DNA of 64,000 bases from assembly GCA_963727525.1 (NCBI GenBank), contig CAVSGO010000007.1, positions 1,984,001 to 2,048,000 of the forward strand, read 5' to 3'. How positions within the stretch are numbered: the first letter of the stretch is position 1; the number at the start of each line of letters is the position of its first letter. The notes under the pieces were generated by a model, which made no database searches, was not told where the DNA came from, and saw only the letters and a program-made list of their open reading frames with translations. Position numbers and translations under genes: made by a program. This DNA is from an uncultured bacterium (GTDB lineage Bacteria; Krumholzibacteriota; Krumholzibacteriia; LZORAL124-64-63). Shown here one piece after another: positions 52,467 through 60,882 of this stretch.

Positions 52467-53382
52467 GCAGCAATCCCTTCATGAGATCGAGCGGGGCGCG
52501 TTGGTCGGTGGCCTGGTGATCGCTGACAACGCGTAGTCCGAGCGCGACGATCCCCCAGCTCGTCCCAAAGACGAGGGCGACCCAGACATACCACGCCGGC
52601 TTGGCGAGCACGCCGGCGAGCATGATGAGCGACAGGTGCATGGTCGGCCCCATGAGCACAGCCATGCGCAGCGCGGGCAGACGGCGCCGCTTCCAGGCCG
52701 CGAGCGACTCGTCCTGCGGCAAGGCGTTCAGGGCGCAAGGTCCCGAATACCAGAGTCCGATATATGTCGCGTAGAGATGCACCAGCGCGCGCTCGGCGTG
52801 ATGGGTTCCCTCCACGCGCCAGACCTCGGCCTGCGCTCGCAATCCCAGCAGTTCCTCGCGCGGATCGCGCCGGCGCCCGTAGACGCGTTCGAGCCATTCG
52901 TTGCGGAAACGGTCGACCCGCGCGCTCCACCAGGCGAAGCTGATGCCGGCGGGTACGCCGAAGAGCCAGGCGAAACGCACGTCGCCCGTCTGCGTGGCGA
53001 TCCCGTGCAGAAGGCAGATCACGAGCGTGGCCTGGATCGTGTAGTCGGCCAGTCCATCGAGGATATACCCCACGAGCGAGCCGGACCCGCGCACGCGCGC
53101 GAGCATGCCGTCGACACAGTCGAGCACATTGGTGAGAAAGAGCAGGATGGCACCCGCCATGAGCATCGTGGGCGTGCCTTGCCAGAAACACCACGCCGAG
53201 GCGAGGCCGGGAAGGAGGCCCGCAAGGGTCACCTGATTCGGCGTGATGGCGGTGGGCGCCAGGATCTTGACCAGGACGAACGCCAGCGGACGGTACACGA
53301 CCAGGTCCAGCGGCTCCTCGAGCTCGGGCGCCTTGAGCATGGCCTCGTACTCGGCGACCCAGCGACGCCAGAACGACATCAC
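52411..53382 (-). CDS. CDP-alcohol phosphotransferase
   Basis: Complete signature D-x2-DG-x2-AR-x8-G-x3-D-x3-D (DCVDGMLARVRGSGSLVGYILDGLAD), TPNQVT, multiple TMs. Confidence 0.92.
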   Translation of the reverse strand: MMSFWRRWVAEYEAMLKAPELEEPLDLVVYRPLAFVLVKILAPTAITPNQVTLAGLLPGLASAWCFWQGTPTMLMAGAILLFLTNVLDCVDGMLARVRGSGSLVGYILDGLADYTIQATLVICLLHGIATQTGDVRFAWLFGVPAGISFAWWSARVDRFRNEWLERVYGRRRDPREELLGLRAQAEVWRVEGTHHAERALVHLYATYIGLWYSGPCALNALPQDESLAAWKRRRLPALRMAVLMGPTMHLSLIMLAGVLAKPAWYVWVALVFGTSWGIVALGLRVVSDHQATDQRAPLDLMKGLLHASRAAGRRAGDTPASSD

Positions 53383-54455
53383 GCGGCGCCTCCGGCCACG
53401 GCGTGGCGCACGGCAGGCATGGCCATGGCCTCCCCGATCGCAGTGAGCAGCCTCTCGTTCTCCGTCTCGGTGCCGAGACTGATACGCGCGTGGTTCAGAA
53501 ACGCCGGCTCGGTGAAGAACTTCACGATGAGGCCCTGCGCGTCGAGTTCACGCTTGAGCAGCGGCATCACCGCGGCCGGAAACTTCACGAGCACGAAATT
53601 CGCCTCGCTCTGGTAAATCTCGCACCCCGGACACGACCGGAACAGTTCGTAGAATCGCCGCCGGTCGCTCGCCATGCGGTGGGCGATGTCCTCGTAGTAG
53701 AGCGGGCTATCGAGCGCCGCGAGGGCGAGACGCTCGGAGAGGCGATTGTAACCGAGGTTGCGCGCGCAGAACTTCTGGAATGTCCCCAGACCACGGCCGG
53801 CGATGCCATAACCGATGCGCACACCCGCCAGCGCGTACAGCTTGCTGAAGGTGCGCATGATCAGCAGGTTGTCATAGCGATCGGTGAGGTCGCCGAAGTC
53901 GTCCAACTCGCCCGGCCTGAGGCCGAAGTATGCCTGGTCGAGCACGAACGGCACGTCGCGATAGACGTCGAGGAGTCGCAGCAGATCGGCGCGGCTCAGG
54001 ACGTTGCCGGTGGGATTGTTCGGCGATGCGACGAGGACGAGAGCGGGATTCGCCGCTTCGCGCAGCCTCATGAGCGCATCGATGTCGTACTCGTAGTGAG
54101 CCGCGGTCGCGCACAGCGGATACTCGACGGTCACGCCCCCCACCTCGTCGGCCACGGCCCGGTAGTACCACCAGGACGCGGACGGAATGAGGATAGACTG
54201 TCCGGCCGCGACGAAGTGGTGCACCGCTTCCTTGAGCAGGTCCTCGCATCCGTAGCCGAGGATGATCCTCGGCTCGTCGACGCCATGGTCCCGAGCGAGG
54301 CGCGTCGATAGTTCACTGTACACGCCCTGCTTGAAAGCGCGGGTGTAATTGAACAGCAGTTCCGGCTCGGCGCCTTGCAGCACGTCGAAGCAAGCCGGTG
54401 CAGGGCCGTAACGGTTCTCGTTGCGATCGAAAAGAACGACGGTCGACGCTGGCAT
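53379..54455 (-). CDS. PLP-dependent class I/II (HisC/CobD-fold) aminotransferase or decarboxylase
   Basis: NEN..G, SPNNPTG, DQAY, RTFSKLYALAGVRIGY (PLP Lys), S.ANF, RISLG; GAGGT RBS. Confidence 0.88.
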   Translation of the reverse strand: MPASTVVLFDRNENRYGPAPACFDVLQGAEPELLFNYTRAFKQGVYSELSTRLARDHGVDEPRIILGYGCEDLLKEAVHHFVAAGQSILIPSASWWYYRAVADEVGGVTVEYPLCATAAHYEYDIDALMRLREAANPALVLVASPNNPTGNVLSRADLLRLLDVYRDVPFVLDQAYFGLRPGELDDFGDLTDRYDNLLIMRTFSKLYALAGVRIGYGIAGRGLGTFQKFCARNLGYNRLSERLALAALDSPLYYEDIAHRMASDRRRFYELFRSCPGCEIYQSEANFVLVKFPAAVMPLLKRELDAQGLIVKFFTEPAFLNHARISLGTETENERLLTAIGEAMAMPAVRHAVAGGAA

Positions 54456-54610
54456 GATTGACCTCATCGCCGCGAGGGCGGATGTTTGGCCACGGCACGA
54501 GACCCGCGCACGAAGTTCACCATCGCGGGTCCGAAGTCGCTTCCGAGGCCGGGTCCAACACCTGAACCGCCATGAAGTTGCAAGGGCGCGCCGGAAATTT
54601 CATCAAAAAA

Positions 54611-54639
54611 AAATTACTGGCTGCCAATCGCACGGGCAA
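54611..54639 (-). promoter_or_regulatory. Putative sigma70 promoter TTGCCC-N17-TAATTT with adjacent T9 tract
   Basis: 17-nt spacer; AT-rich patch about 155 nt upstream of the PLP-enzyme operon; A9 on the + strand at 54605-54613. Confidence 0.4.
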
Positions 54640-54788
54640 TCTCTTCCGATCCTTGCAAGTTCCGCGCCCACCTGGTCGCAATGACGCACCGGCGCACGTC
54701 GGCAAGCGGCACGCCGCCGAAGCACGTAAATCCCATTAGTAAAATCTGTTATGGATAGCGACGGCGGGCGCAGACCCCGAAACGGCGG

Positions 54789-54819
54789 CGAGCCGGCCGG
54801 TCCGCCGCCGGCCGGTTCG
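54789..54819 (-). terminator. 12-bp hairpin downstream of the DUF2239 gene
   Basis: CGAGCCGGCCGG/CCGGCCGGTTCG with one mismatch; no clear U tract. Confidence 0.4.
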
Positions 54820-54880
54820 ACGGATGATCCGGTCGCCAGGCACGACGCGCGCGAGGCCGCTGCGCCGCTGCGGCGCGCGC

Positions 54881-55480
54881 TCAACCCTGGCGCGGGGCCG
54901 CGCCGGCCCCCTCCTCGCCGACGATCGCCAGTACCTGGGCCCGGATATCGGGCGGCCAGGCGTCGATCCGAGCGGCCACGCCCGGGAGATCCCAGGCATA
55001 GAGCGCACGGATCGCCTCCTCGTACCCCTCGCGATCGCCGGCCAGGGCGAGCATGGTGCGGTACGCGACGTCCTGGCGTCGGCGCACATCGGCACTGGCC
55101 TGATTCTGCTTGCGCGCCGCCTCCACGAGTTTGCGCAGCGTGACCGATGCACCTCCTGGCTGTGCACTCACCCAGTCCCAGTGGCGCGGCAGCAGCGTCA
55201 CCTCGCGCGCGACCACGCCCAGGCGCGGTCGACCGCGATTGCTACGCTCGGCGGCGGCTCGCTCGGCCTCCTGGCGGAGGCGCACGCGGTCGGCGACCTC
55301 GTCGGGGGTTCCGCGCAGGTCGAGGTCGACAGCGCGTCCATTCGCGCCATCGAGTACGAGGACGGCTTCCGATTCACCGGCGTCGAGACACTCGCGCACG
55401 GTGCGGGCGACATCGGCGAGGTCGCCGGCGGCGATGCGACGCGCCCCGGCAAAGGCGACGTAGGCGGGATTTGCGGGCAT
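54881..55480 (-). CDS. DUF2239-family protein
   Basis: AF.G.RRIA.G.L..V, G..VDLDLRG, RGRPRLGVVAREVTLLPRHWDW...QPGGASVTLRKLVE, AGDR.GYEEA.RALYA. Confidence 0.88.
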   Translation of the reverse strand: MPANPAYVAFAGARRIAAGDLADVARTVRECLDAGESEAVLVLDGANGRAVDLDLRGTPDEVADRVRLRQEAERAAAERSNRGRPRLGVVAREVTLLPRHWDWVSAQPGGASVTLRKLVEAARKQNQASADVRRRQDVAYRTMLALAGDREGYEEAIRALYAWDLPGVAARIDAWPPDIRAQVLAIVGEEGAGAAPRQG

Positions 55481-55525
55481 GGCGTGTCCAATCTGGCTCG
55501 AGTTCTGGTTGCGTCCATACCCCAA

Positions 55526-55571
55526 TTTATACCCGGACATTATTGCAATGTCAATAATGCCCGGGTAAAAA
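55526..55571 (-). promoter_or_regulatory. Near-consensus sigma70 promoter TTGACA-N17-TATAAA overlapped by a 16-bp-arm palindrome
   Basis: -35 at 55549-55554, -10 at 55526-55531; TACCCGGACATTATTG-caatgt-CAATAATGCCCGGGTA (15/16 symmetric). Confidence 0.85.
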
Positions 55572-55588
55572 CCGAAGATCTGCCTTCG

Positions 55589-56197
55589 TCATTCCTCGTC
55601 GGGATAGAGAAACCCCAGGCAGACCGGACACAACCCGTGGCTGATCTGGAGACCGTGGTCGTTCAGCCAGGACGGGATCCAGTCCCAGCGCTGCGGCTGC
55701 GTGCGGTTGAGGAAGCGCCGGCAGGTGGCGCACTGGCAGACCACGCCGTCACGATCCTGGTAGACGTCGGGCGCGGGTGCGCAGGGGCGGTGGGTGACGG
55801 GATCGTGCGTGTGCTCGACGCGCAGGGAGTTCACGACAAGCAGTCCTTCGCGCTCGCCCAGGGGATACGCGGTCTGGCGAAACAGTCGGTAGGTCCGGTC
55901 GCTGGAGCACTCGTAGTCGTGGGACCAGGGGTCATCGCCACGCAGGCAGTTGTGGTAGGCGTCGCGATAAAATGTCAACAGCGGCTCCGGCAACGCGTCG
56001 GCGATGCTCCGGCCGAGGGCCCAGCGGTGCGTGATCGCCGGCTCGCCGCCGTTCTCGCGGGCAAAGCGGTACCACGCGGGATTCACCCAGGCGAGCGTGA
56101 GATCGGGCCATAGTCCATAGGCGACGCCGTCTTGCTTCTCGAGGTCTCCCAGGTCGAAACCGCGTAGCAGGACCTGGAAATCGCGTCCCGTCATCAT
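55589..56197 (-). CDS. Hypothetical protein: PAS-like N-terminus and C-terminal CxxC...SHGxCxxC metal-binding motif
   Basis: Y.L..DLTLAWVNPAW..FA..NG...LGRSI; YECSS; CATCRR...W.W...ISHGLCPVC. Confidence 0.7.
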   Translation of the reverse strand: MMTGRDFQVLLRGFDLGDLEKQDGVAYGLWPDLTLAWVNPAWYRFARENGGEPAITHRWALGRSIADALPEPLLTFYRDAYHNCLRGDDPWSHDYECSSDRTYRLFRQTAYPLGEREGLLVVNSLRVEHTHDPVTHRPCAPAPDVYQDRDGVVCQCATCRRFLNRTQPQRWDWIPSWLNDHGLQISHGLCPVCLGFLYPDEE

Positions 56198-56225
56198 TCG
56201 CCTCGCTCGCCAGGTTCGGTGGCGT

Positions 56226-57581
56226 TCAGCTCTCGATCAGCGTCAGGAGCGCCTTCGTCTGCTCGCGCATGAGATCGACGTCGCCCCGGCTCTCAACGTT
56301 GAGCCGCAGCAGCGGCTCGGTGTTGCTCATGCGGAGGTTGAAGCGCCACTGCGCGAATTCGCACGACAGGCCGTCCGTGTGGTCGACGGCGCTGGCCTGC
56401 GGTCCGTAGGTTGCCTCGATGTGCGCGATCACACGAGCCGGATCGGCGACCTCGCGGTTGATCTCGCCGCTCGCCGGGTACGCGCGCTGCATCGCGCCCA
56501 CCAGGGCCGAGAGCGGATCGCCGGTGCGGCTCATCTCCTGCAAGACGAGCAGCCAAGGCAGCATGCCGCTGTCGCAGTAGGTGAAGCGGCGGAAGTAGTG
56601 GTGGGCGCTCATCTCGCCTCCGTACACCGCATCTTCGCGCCGCATGCGCTCCTTCATGAACGCATGTCCGGTCTTGTTCATCACCGGTACGCCGCCGGCC
56701 GCCCGCACGACGTCGATGGTGTTCCACGTCAGGCGCGGGTCGTGCACGATGGCCGACCCGGGCGCCTCACGCAGTGCGGCACGCGCGAGCAATCCCACGA
56801 GGTAATAACCCTCGATGAACGCGCCGTGTTCGTCGAAGAAGAAGCAGCGGTCGAAGTCGCCATCCCACGCAAGCCCGACGTCGGCGTCGTGTTCCCGCAC
56901 CGCGGCAGCCGTGGCGCTGCGGTTCCCGGGCAGCAACGGGTTGGGGATACCGTGGGGAAACCTGCCGTCGGGCTCGTCGCGTACATGGACGCATGCCAGC
57001 GGCAGGTGGGCGGCGAGCGCCCGCATCACCGGCCCCGCGCAGCCGTTGCCGCCGTCGGCGACCACGCGCAGGGGGCGCAACCGGTCGACGTCCACGGCCT
57101 CGAGCAGCGAGGCCACGTAGTCGGCCAGGACGTCCGCCTCCTCGTACCGGCCACGCGTCCCGGCCGGTGCCGGTGCGGACTCCAGGACCAGAGCCCCGAT
57201 CTCGTCGAGGCCGGTGTCGCCGCTGATCGGCCGCGCCTCGGCGCGCACCAGCTTCATGCCGTTGTAATCCATCGGATTGTGGCTCGCAGTGACCATGATG
57301 CCGCCGTCGAGGTGGTGGGCGGCCGTGGTCCAGTACACCATCTCGGTGCCGCAGAGGCCGATGTCCACGACATCCGCGCCGGCGGCGCGCATGCCGTCGA
57401 TGACGGCCGCCGCGAGCGCGCCGCTACTGAGCCGGCAATCGCGGCCCACGCAGAGCCGGCGGGCGGCGAGGAAGCGGGCGGTGGCATGCCCGATACGTCG
57501 CGCGAGATCGGCGTCGAGCTGGTCGGGTACGCGGCCGCGGATGTCGTAGGCCTTGAAGCAGGCGGGTTTGCCGGGCGGCAT
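56226..57581 (-). CDS. manB: Phosphomannomutase/phosphoglucomutase (ManB/CpsG type)
   Basis: FKAYDIRG, TASHNP, DGDFDR, GGEMSAH, RMSNTEP. Confidence 0.93.
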   Translation of the reverse strand: MPPGKPACFKAYDIRGRVPDQLDADLARRIGHATARFLAARRLCVGRDCRLSSGALAAAVIDGMRAAGADVVDIGLCGTEMVYWTTAAHHLDGGIMVTASHNPMDYNGMKLVRAEARPISGDTGLDEIGALVLESAPAPAGTRGRYEEADVLADYVASLLEAVDVDRLRPLRVVADGGNGCAGPVMRALAAHLPLACVHVRDEPDGRFPHGIPNPLLPGNRSATAAAVREHDADVGLAWDGDFDRCFFFDEHGAFIEGYYLVGLLARAALREAPGSAIVHDPRLTWNTIDVVRAAGGVPVMNKTGHAFMKERMRREDAVYGGEMSAHHYFRRFTYCDSGMLPWLLVLQEMSRTGDPLSALVGAMQRAYPASGEINREVADPARVIAHIEATYGPQASAVDHTDGLSCEFAQWRFNLRMSNTEPLLRLNVESRGDVDLMREQTKALLTLIES

Positions 57582-57727
57582 CGGAGCGCTCCTGGGGCTG
57601 GGGCGGTCGGCAGGTCGCGGGACTCGCAGATAATAGTGGCACAGGAGTGCGCCATCGGCCACCATGGAGCGATTCGACGAACGGGGCCGGCAGCGCCGGC
57701 CTGTCCCAGGTCTCGAGGAGGACGACC

Positions 57728-58474
57728 ATGCGCATCGTGAGTTCCGCCATCCTGATCGCCGGCCTGCTAGCCGTAGCCGGATGCGTGCAGATGCACTCCA
57801 GCATCACCATCAACGCCGACGGCTCGGGTGTGTGCTCCATGACCTACAGCATGAGCAAGGACGTGGCCGACGCGCTCAAGGATATGGGCAGCATGGGCGG
57901 CCAGGACAAGGAAGCCCCCACGCTGGACGATTTCGACAAGGCCAAGATGGAGAAGGCCGCGGCCGCCAACGGCGTCAAGGTCAAGAAGTTCGACCGCAAG
58001 ACCGCGGATGGGCGCGATACTCTCGCCATGGAGCTGGAGTTCAAGGACATCACCGGCCTGTCGCGCGTGCTGAACACGGGCGACGAGGAAGACAAGGTCA
58101 TGAAGATCTTCAAGACGCCGGAGGGCAACTACGTGCTCAAGTCCGTGCCCGACGACAACCCGCCGGCCCGGGACAAGGCCGAGGAGCCGGAATCGGACTC
58201 CGAGGACGCCAAGGAGGCGTCGCCGGAGGACGTGCAGAAGTCGATGGCAGTGATGGGCAAGCTCATGCAGTCGATGAGCGAGCTGGATGTGCGGATGGAA
58301 GTGGCCGTGCCCGGCGACATCGTCAGCAGCAACGCTCCCGAGACTGACGGTCGGACCTCGATCTGGGCCATCAACTCGGCTAACATGATGCAGGCCCAGA
58401 ACATGGAGATGGAGCCGGAGATCGTCTTCTCGGGCAAGGGCGTGAAGATCGACGCCCCCGCTCTGCCGCAATAA
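57728..58474 (+). CDS. Lipoprotein, LppM/DUF3153-like
   Basis: GAGGAGG RBS; lipobox VAGC followed by 'V.M...ITINADGSG'; C-terminal 'V.VPG.IVSSNA...DG....W'. Confidence 0.7.
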   Translation: MRIVSSAILIAGLLAVAGCVQMHSSITINADGSGVCSMTYSMSKDVADALKDMGSMGGQDKEAPTLDDFDKAKMEKAAAANGVKVKKFDRKTADGRDTLAMELEFKDITGLSRVLNTGDEEDKVMKIFKTPEGNYVLKSVPDDNPPARDKAEEPESDSEDAKEASPEDVQKSMAVMGKLMQSMSELDVRMEVAVPGDIVSSNAPETDGRTSIWAINSANMMQAQNMEMEPEIVFSGKGVKIDAPALPQ

Positions 58475-58491
58475 CTCTCCGCAATAACTCT
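58466..58491. repeat. 13-bp tandem duplication CCGCAATAACTCT x2 spanning the lipoprotein stop codon
   Basis: Exact copies at 58466-58478 and 58479-58491, plus a partial third (CGCAA). Confidence 0.85.
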
Positions 58492-58503
58492 CGCAAAGCG
58501 ATC

Positions 58504-58539
58504 GCAGGGGGCAGCGCACGCGTAGGCGCTGCCCCCTGC
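58504..58539. terminator. 14-bp perfect hairpin between convergent genes (probable bidirectional terminator)
   Basis: GCAGGGGGCAGCGC-acgcgtag-GCGCTGCCCCCTGC. Confidence 0.75.
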
Positions 58540-58575
58540 TCGTGAAGCGGACCGCAAGCAAACCTGTGGTCGTGA

Positions 58576-59094
58576 CTACGTGGCCGACGGGTTCGGCGCG
58601 GAGGCCGCGACCCGACCGCCCAGCTCGCGGTCGATCATGAACAGCCCGGCGCCCTGCTCGCCCACGAGCTGCACCTTGGCGACGATGGCCTCGACCGTCG
58701 CCTCCTCCTCCACCTGCTCCCCGACGAACCACTCCAGCATCGCGTGCGTGGCATGGTCTTTCAGCTCGACGGCGAGGGTGGCCAGGTCGTTGATCCGCTG
58801 CGAGACCATGCGCTCGTGATCACGCGCGGCCTCGAAGACGGCGAGCGTCGAGTCCCAGTTCTGGGTCGGCTTGGCGATGGTGTCCAGCGCCACGTTGCCC
58901 CCGCGATCCACGATGTAGCGGTAGAACTTGAGCGCGTGTTGCTGCTCCTCCTGGTACTGGACGAGCATCCAGTTCGCCATGCCTGCGAGGCCGCGATTCT
59001 CGAAATAAGCCGCCATCGCGAGATAGAGATAGGCCGAGTAGGCCTCGGCGTTGATCTGTTCGTTCAGAGCCTTCTGCATGCGATCGCTCAGCAA
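58576..59094 (-). CDS. ftnA: Non-heme ferritin
   Basis: LNEQINAEAYSAYLYLAM, Q..EE..HA, HE..V, LEWFV.EQVEEE ferroxidase residues; GAGGAGG RBS with TTG start. Confidence 0.93.
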   Translation of the reverse strand: MLSDRMQKALNEQINAEAYSAYLYLAMAAYFENRGLAGMANWMLVQYQEEQQHALKFYRYIVDRGGNVALDTIAKPTQNWDSTLAVFEAARDHERMVSQRINDLATLAVELKDHATHAMLEWFVGEQVEEEATVEAIVAKVQLVGEQGAGLFMIDRELGGRVAASAPNPSAT

Positions 59095-59130
59095 GGTGAT
59101 CCTCCTCGAATGGGGTCGGCGTCTCGTCGC

Positions 59131-59568
59131 TCAGGCCGTGGCATCCTGGTTACCGGCCAGTTCGACCATCTTGTTCAGCAGAAACTCGTGCTTCTCCTCC
59201 TCGAGACGCAGGTAAGTGAGCAGGAGCTCCTGGATCTCCAGACCATGCCCCTCCAGCGCAACCAGGCTGGTGCGCGCGAGCCGGACGGTTTCCTTCTCCA
59301 TGGCCGCGTGCGACTGGAGCTTCGCCCAGACCTCTCCGAGGTCGGCGGCGTCGAGATTGAGCACGCGCGACTGGAGACTGTCGATGAGCATCTGCTCGAC
59401 GCGGTGGTGCATCTGGCTGTCGCGCTGGATGATCTCCATGAGAATACAGAGCAGCGGGTGGTTCGTCGACTCGATCACGCTGCCCGTGAGGGTGATGGTC
59501 GCGTTCTCGATCTTCTGCCACTGCCGGAGATTCTCGACGAGTTGCTGCTGCAGTTCCCGTGTCGACAT
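59131..59568 (-). CDS. Ferritin-like four-helix-bundle protein of unknown function
   Basis: E...D-x3-H (DSQMH) and E...EE-x-H (EEEKH) repeated di-iron-type pattern; GGAGGT RBS. Confidence 0.7.
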   Translation of the reverse strand: MSTRELQQQLVENLRQWQKIENATITLTGSVIESTNHPLLCILMEIIQRDSQMHHRVEQMLIDSLQSRVLNLDAADLGEVWAKLQSHAAMEKETVRLARTSLVALEGHGLEIQELLLTYLRLEEEKHEFLLNKMVELAGNQDATA

Positions 59569-59787
59569 GCCGCACCTCCCGCCCGGCGGGTCGGCGACGT
59601 TGCCACCCGCATCGTGAGAATGGTAGTCCAGCGCGGCAGCACGGCAAACCTCGAAGTCGGGGCGAGCGAGCGTTTGCCGGGAAAACCACAATTGCGCCGC
59701 GTTTTCATTTCCCTATCATGTGGCGCAATGCCCACTCGGCGCCCTCTGCGGCGCCGTCGCCCCCCTGTGACCCGAAAGGACCTTCTG

Positions 59788-60882
59788 ATGCCGAGGAAGA
59801 TCATCGCGGACTTCGCGATCGAGCACCTGGAGATCCTCGACGTGGACGGCCGCGTCGACAAGGCACTCGAGCCCGATCTCCCCACGGACGACCTGCTGCG
59901 CCTCTATCGCGGCATGGTGCTGGCCCGGGAGATGGACGAGCGCATGTTCAAGCTGCAGCGCCAGGGCCGCCTCGGCACGTTCCCGCCCTGCATCGGTCAG
60001 GAAGCCGTGAGTACGGCCGCCGCCCTCGCCATGCAACCCGACGACTGGTTCGTGGGCGCGTTCCGCGAGCTCGGCGGGCGGCTGCTGCGCGGCGAGCCGC
60101 TCACGTCCACGCTCTACTACTACAACGGCTGGGAAGAGGGCAACGTCCTGCCGCCACAGGTCGCCCGGCGCATGCTGCCCATCGCCGTGGTCGTGGCCAG
60201 CCAGATCCCTCAGGCCGCCGGCATCGGCTACGCCGTCAAGCTGCGCGGGGCGCCCGAGGCCGTGGTGTGTTTCATGGGTGACGGCGCCACCAGCGAGGGC
60301 GACTTCTACGAGGGTCTCAACTTCGCCGCCGTGTGGCAGGCGCCGGTCGTGTTCATCAGCCAGAACAACCAGTGGGCGATCTCCGTCCCCCGCGAAAAGC
60401 AGACGCGCTCGGCAACGCTCGCGCAGAAGGGCATTGCCGCGGGCATGCCATGTCTGCAGGTGGACGGCAACGATCCGTTGGCCTGCTACGTCGCGGTGAA
60501 GGACGCGCTCGACCACGCCCGCGCCGGCCACGGCCCCACGTTCATCGAGGCCGTCACCTATCGTCTCACCGTGCACACCACTGCAGACGACCCGCGCAAG
60601 TACCGCAGCGAGGCCGAGGAGCAGGAATGGTGGCGGCGCGAGCCCCTGAGCCGCATGCAGAAGTACCTGGAAGCGAGGAAACTCTGGGACGACGAGCGCG
60701 AGGCGACCTTGCGCGCGGAAATCCGGTCCGAGATCGACGTGGCCGTCAAGACCTTCGAGGCGGAGACGAACTTCGCCACCGACCTGCCCTTCAGCCACAT
60801 CTATGCCGAAACCCCGCCGGCGATCGAGCGGCAGCGCCAGGAGTTTCTTTCCAGCCTCACGGAGGTGACCGGCGATGCCTAA
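59788..60882 (+). CDS. pdhA: 2-oxoacid (pyruvate or branched-chain) dehydrogenase E1 alpha
   Basis: LQRQGR, GQEA, GDGATSEGDF...QNNQWAIS TPP motif, HTTADDP. Confidence 0.9.
   Translation: MPRKIIADFAIEHLEILDVDGRVDKALEPDLPTDDLLRLYRGMVLAREMDERMFKLQRQGRLGTFPPCIGQEAVSTAAALAMQPDDWFVGAFRELGGRLLRGEPLTSTLYYYNGWEEGNVLPPQVARRMLPIAVVVASQIPQAAGIGYAVKLRGAPEAVVCFMGDGATSEGDFYEGLNFAAVWQAPVVFISQNNQWAISVPREKQTRSATLAQKGIAAGMPCLQVDGNDPLACYVAVKDALDHARAGHGPTFIEAVTYRLTVHTTADDPRKYRSEAEEQEWWRREPLSRMQKYLEARKLWDDEREATLRAEIRSEIDVAVKTFEAETNFATDLPFSHIYAETPPAIERQRQEFLSSLTEVTGDA

Noticed and set aside
51738-54455. Phosphonolipid, cobalamin or histidine biosynthesis assignment for the PLP/cytidylyltransferase operon
   Set aside because: No PEP mutase, phosphonopyruvate decarboxylase, cob or his genes nearby, and the PLP enzyme is class I/II rather than a class V AEP transaminase; not fully excluded without the whole genome
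59131-59568. Encapsulin cargo ferritin-like protein
   Set aside because: No encapsulin gene nearby and no recognisable C-terminal targeting peptide
58744-59787. N-terminal extension of the 712-aa pdhA ORF
   Set aside because: Antisense to the ferritin genes; the true start at 59788 follows AAAGGA
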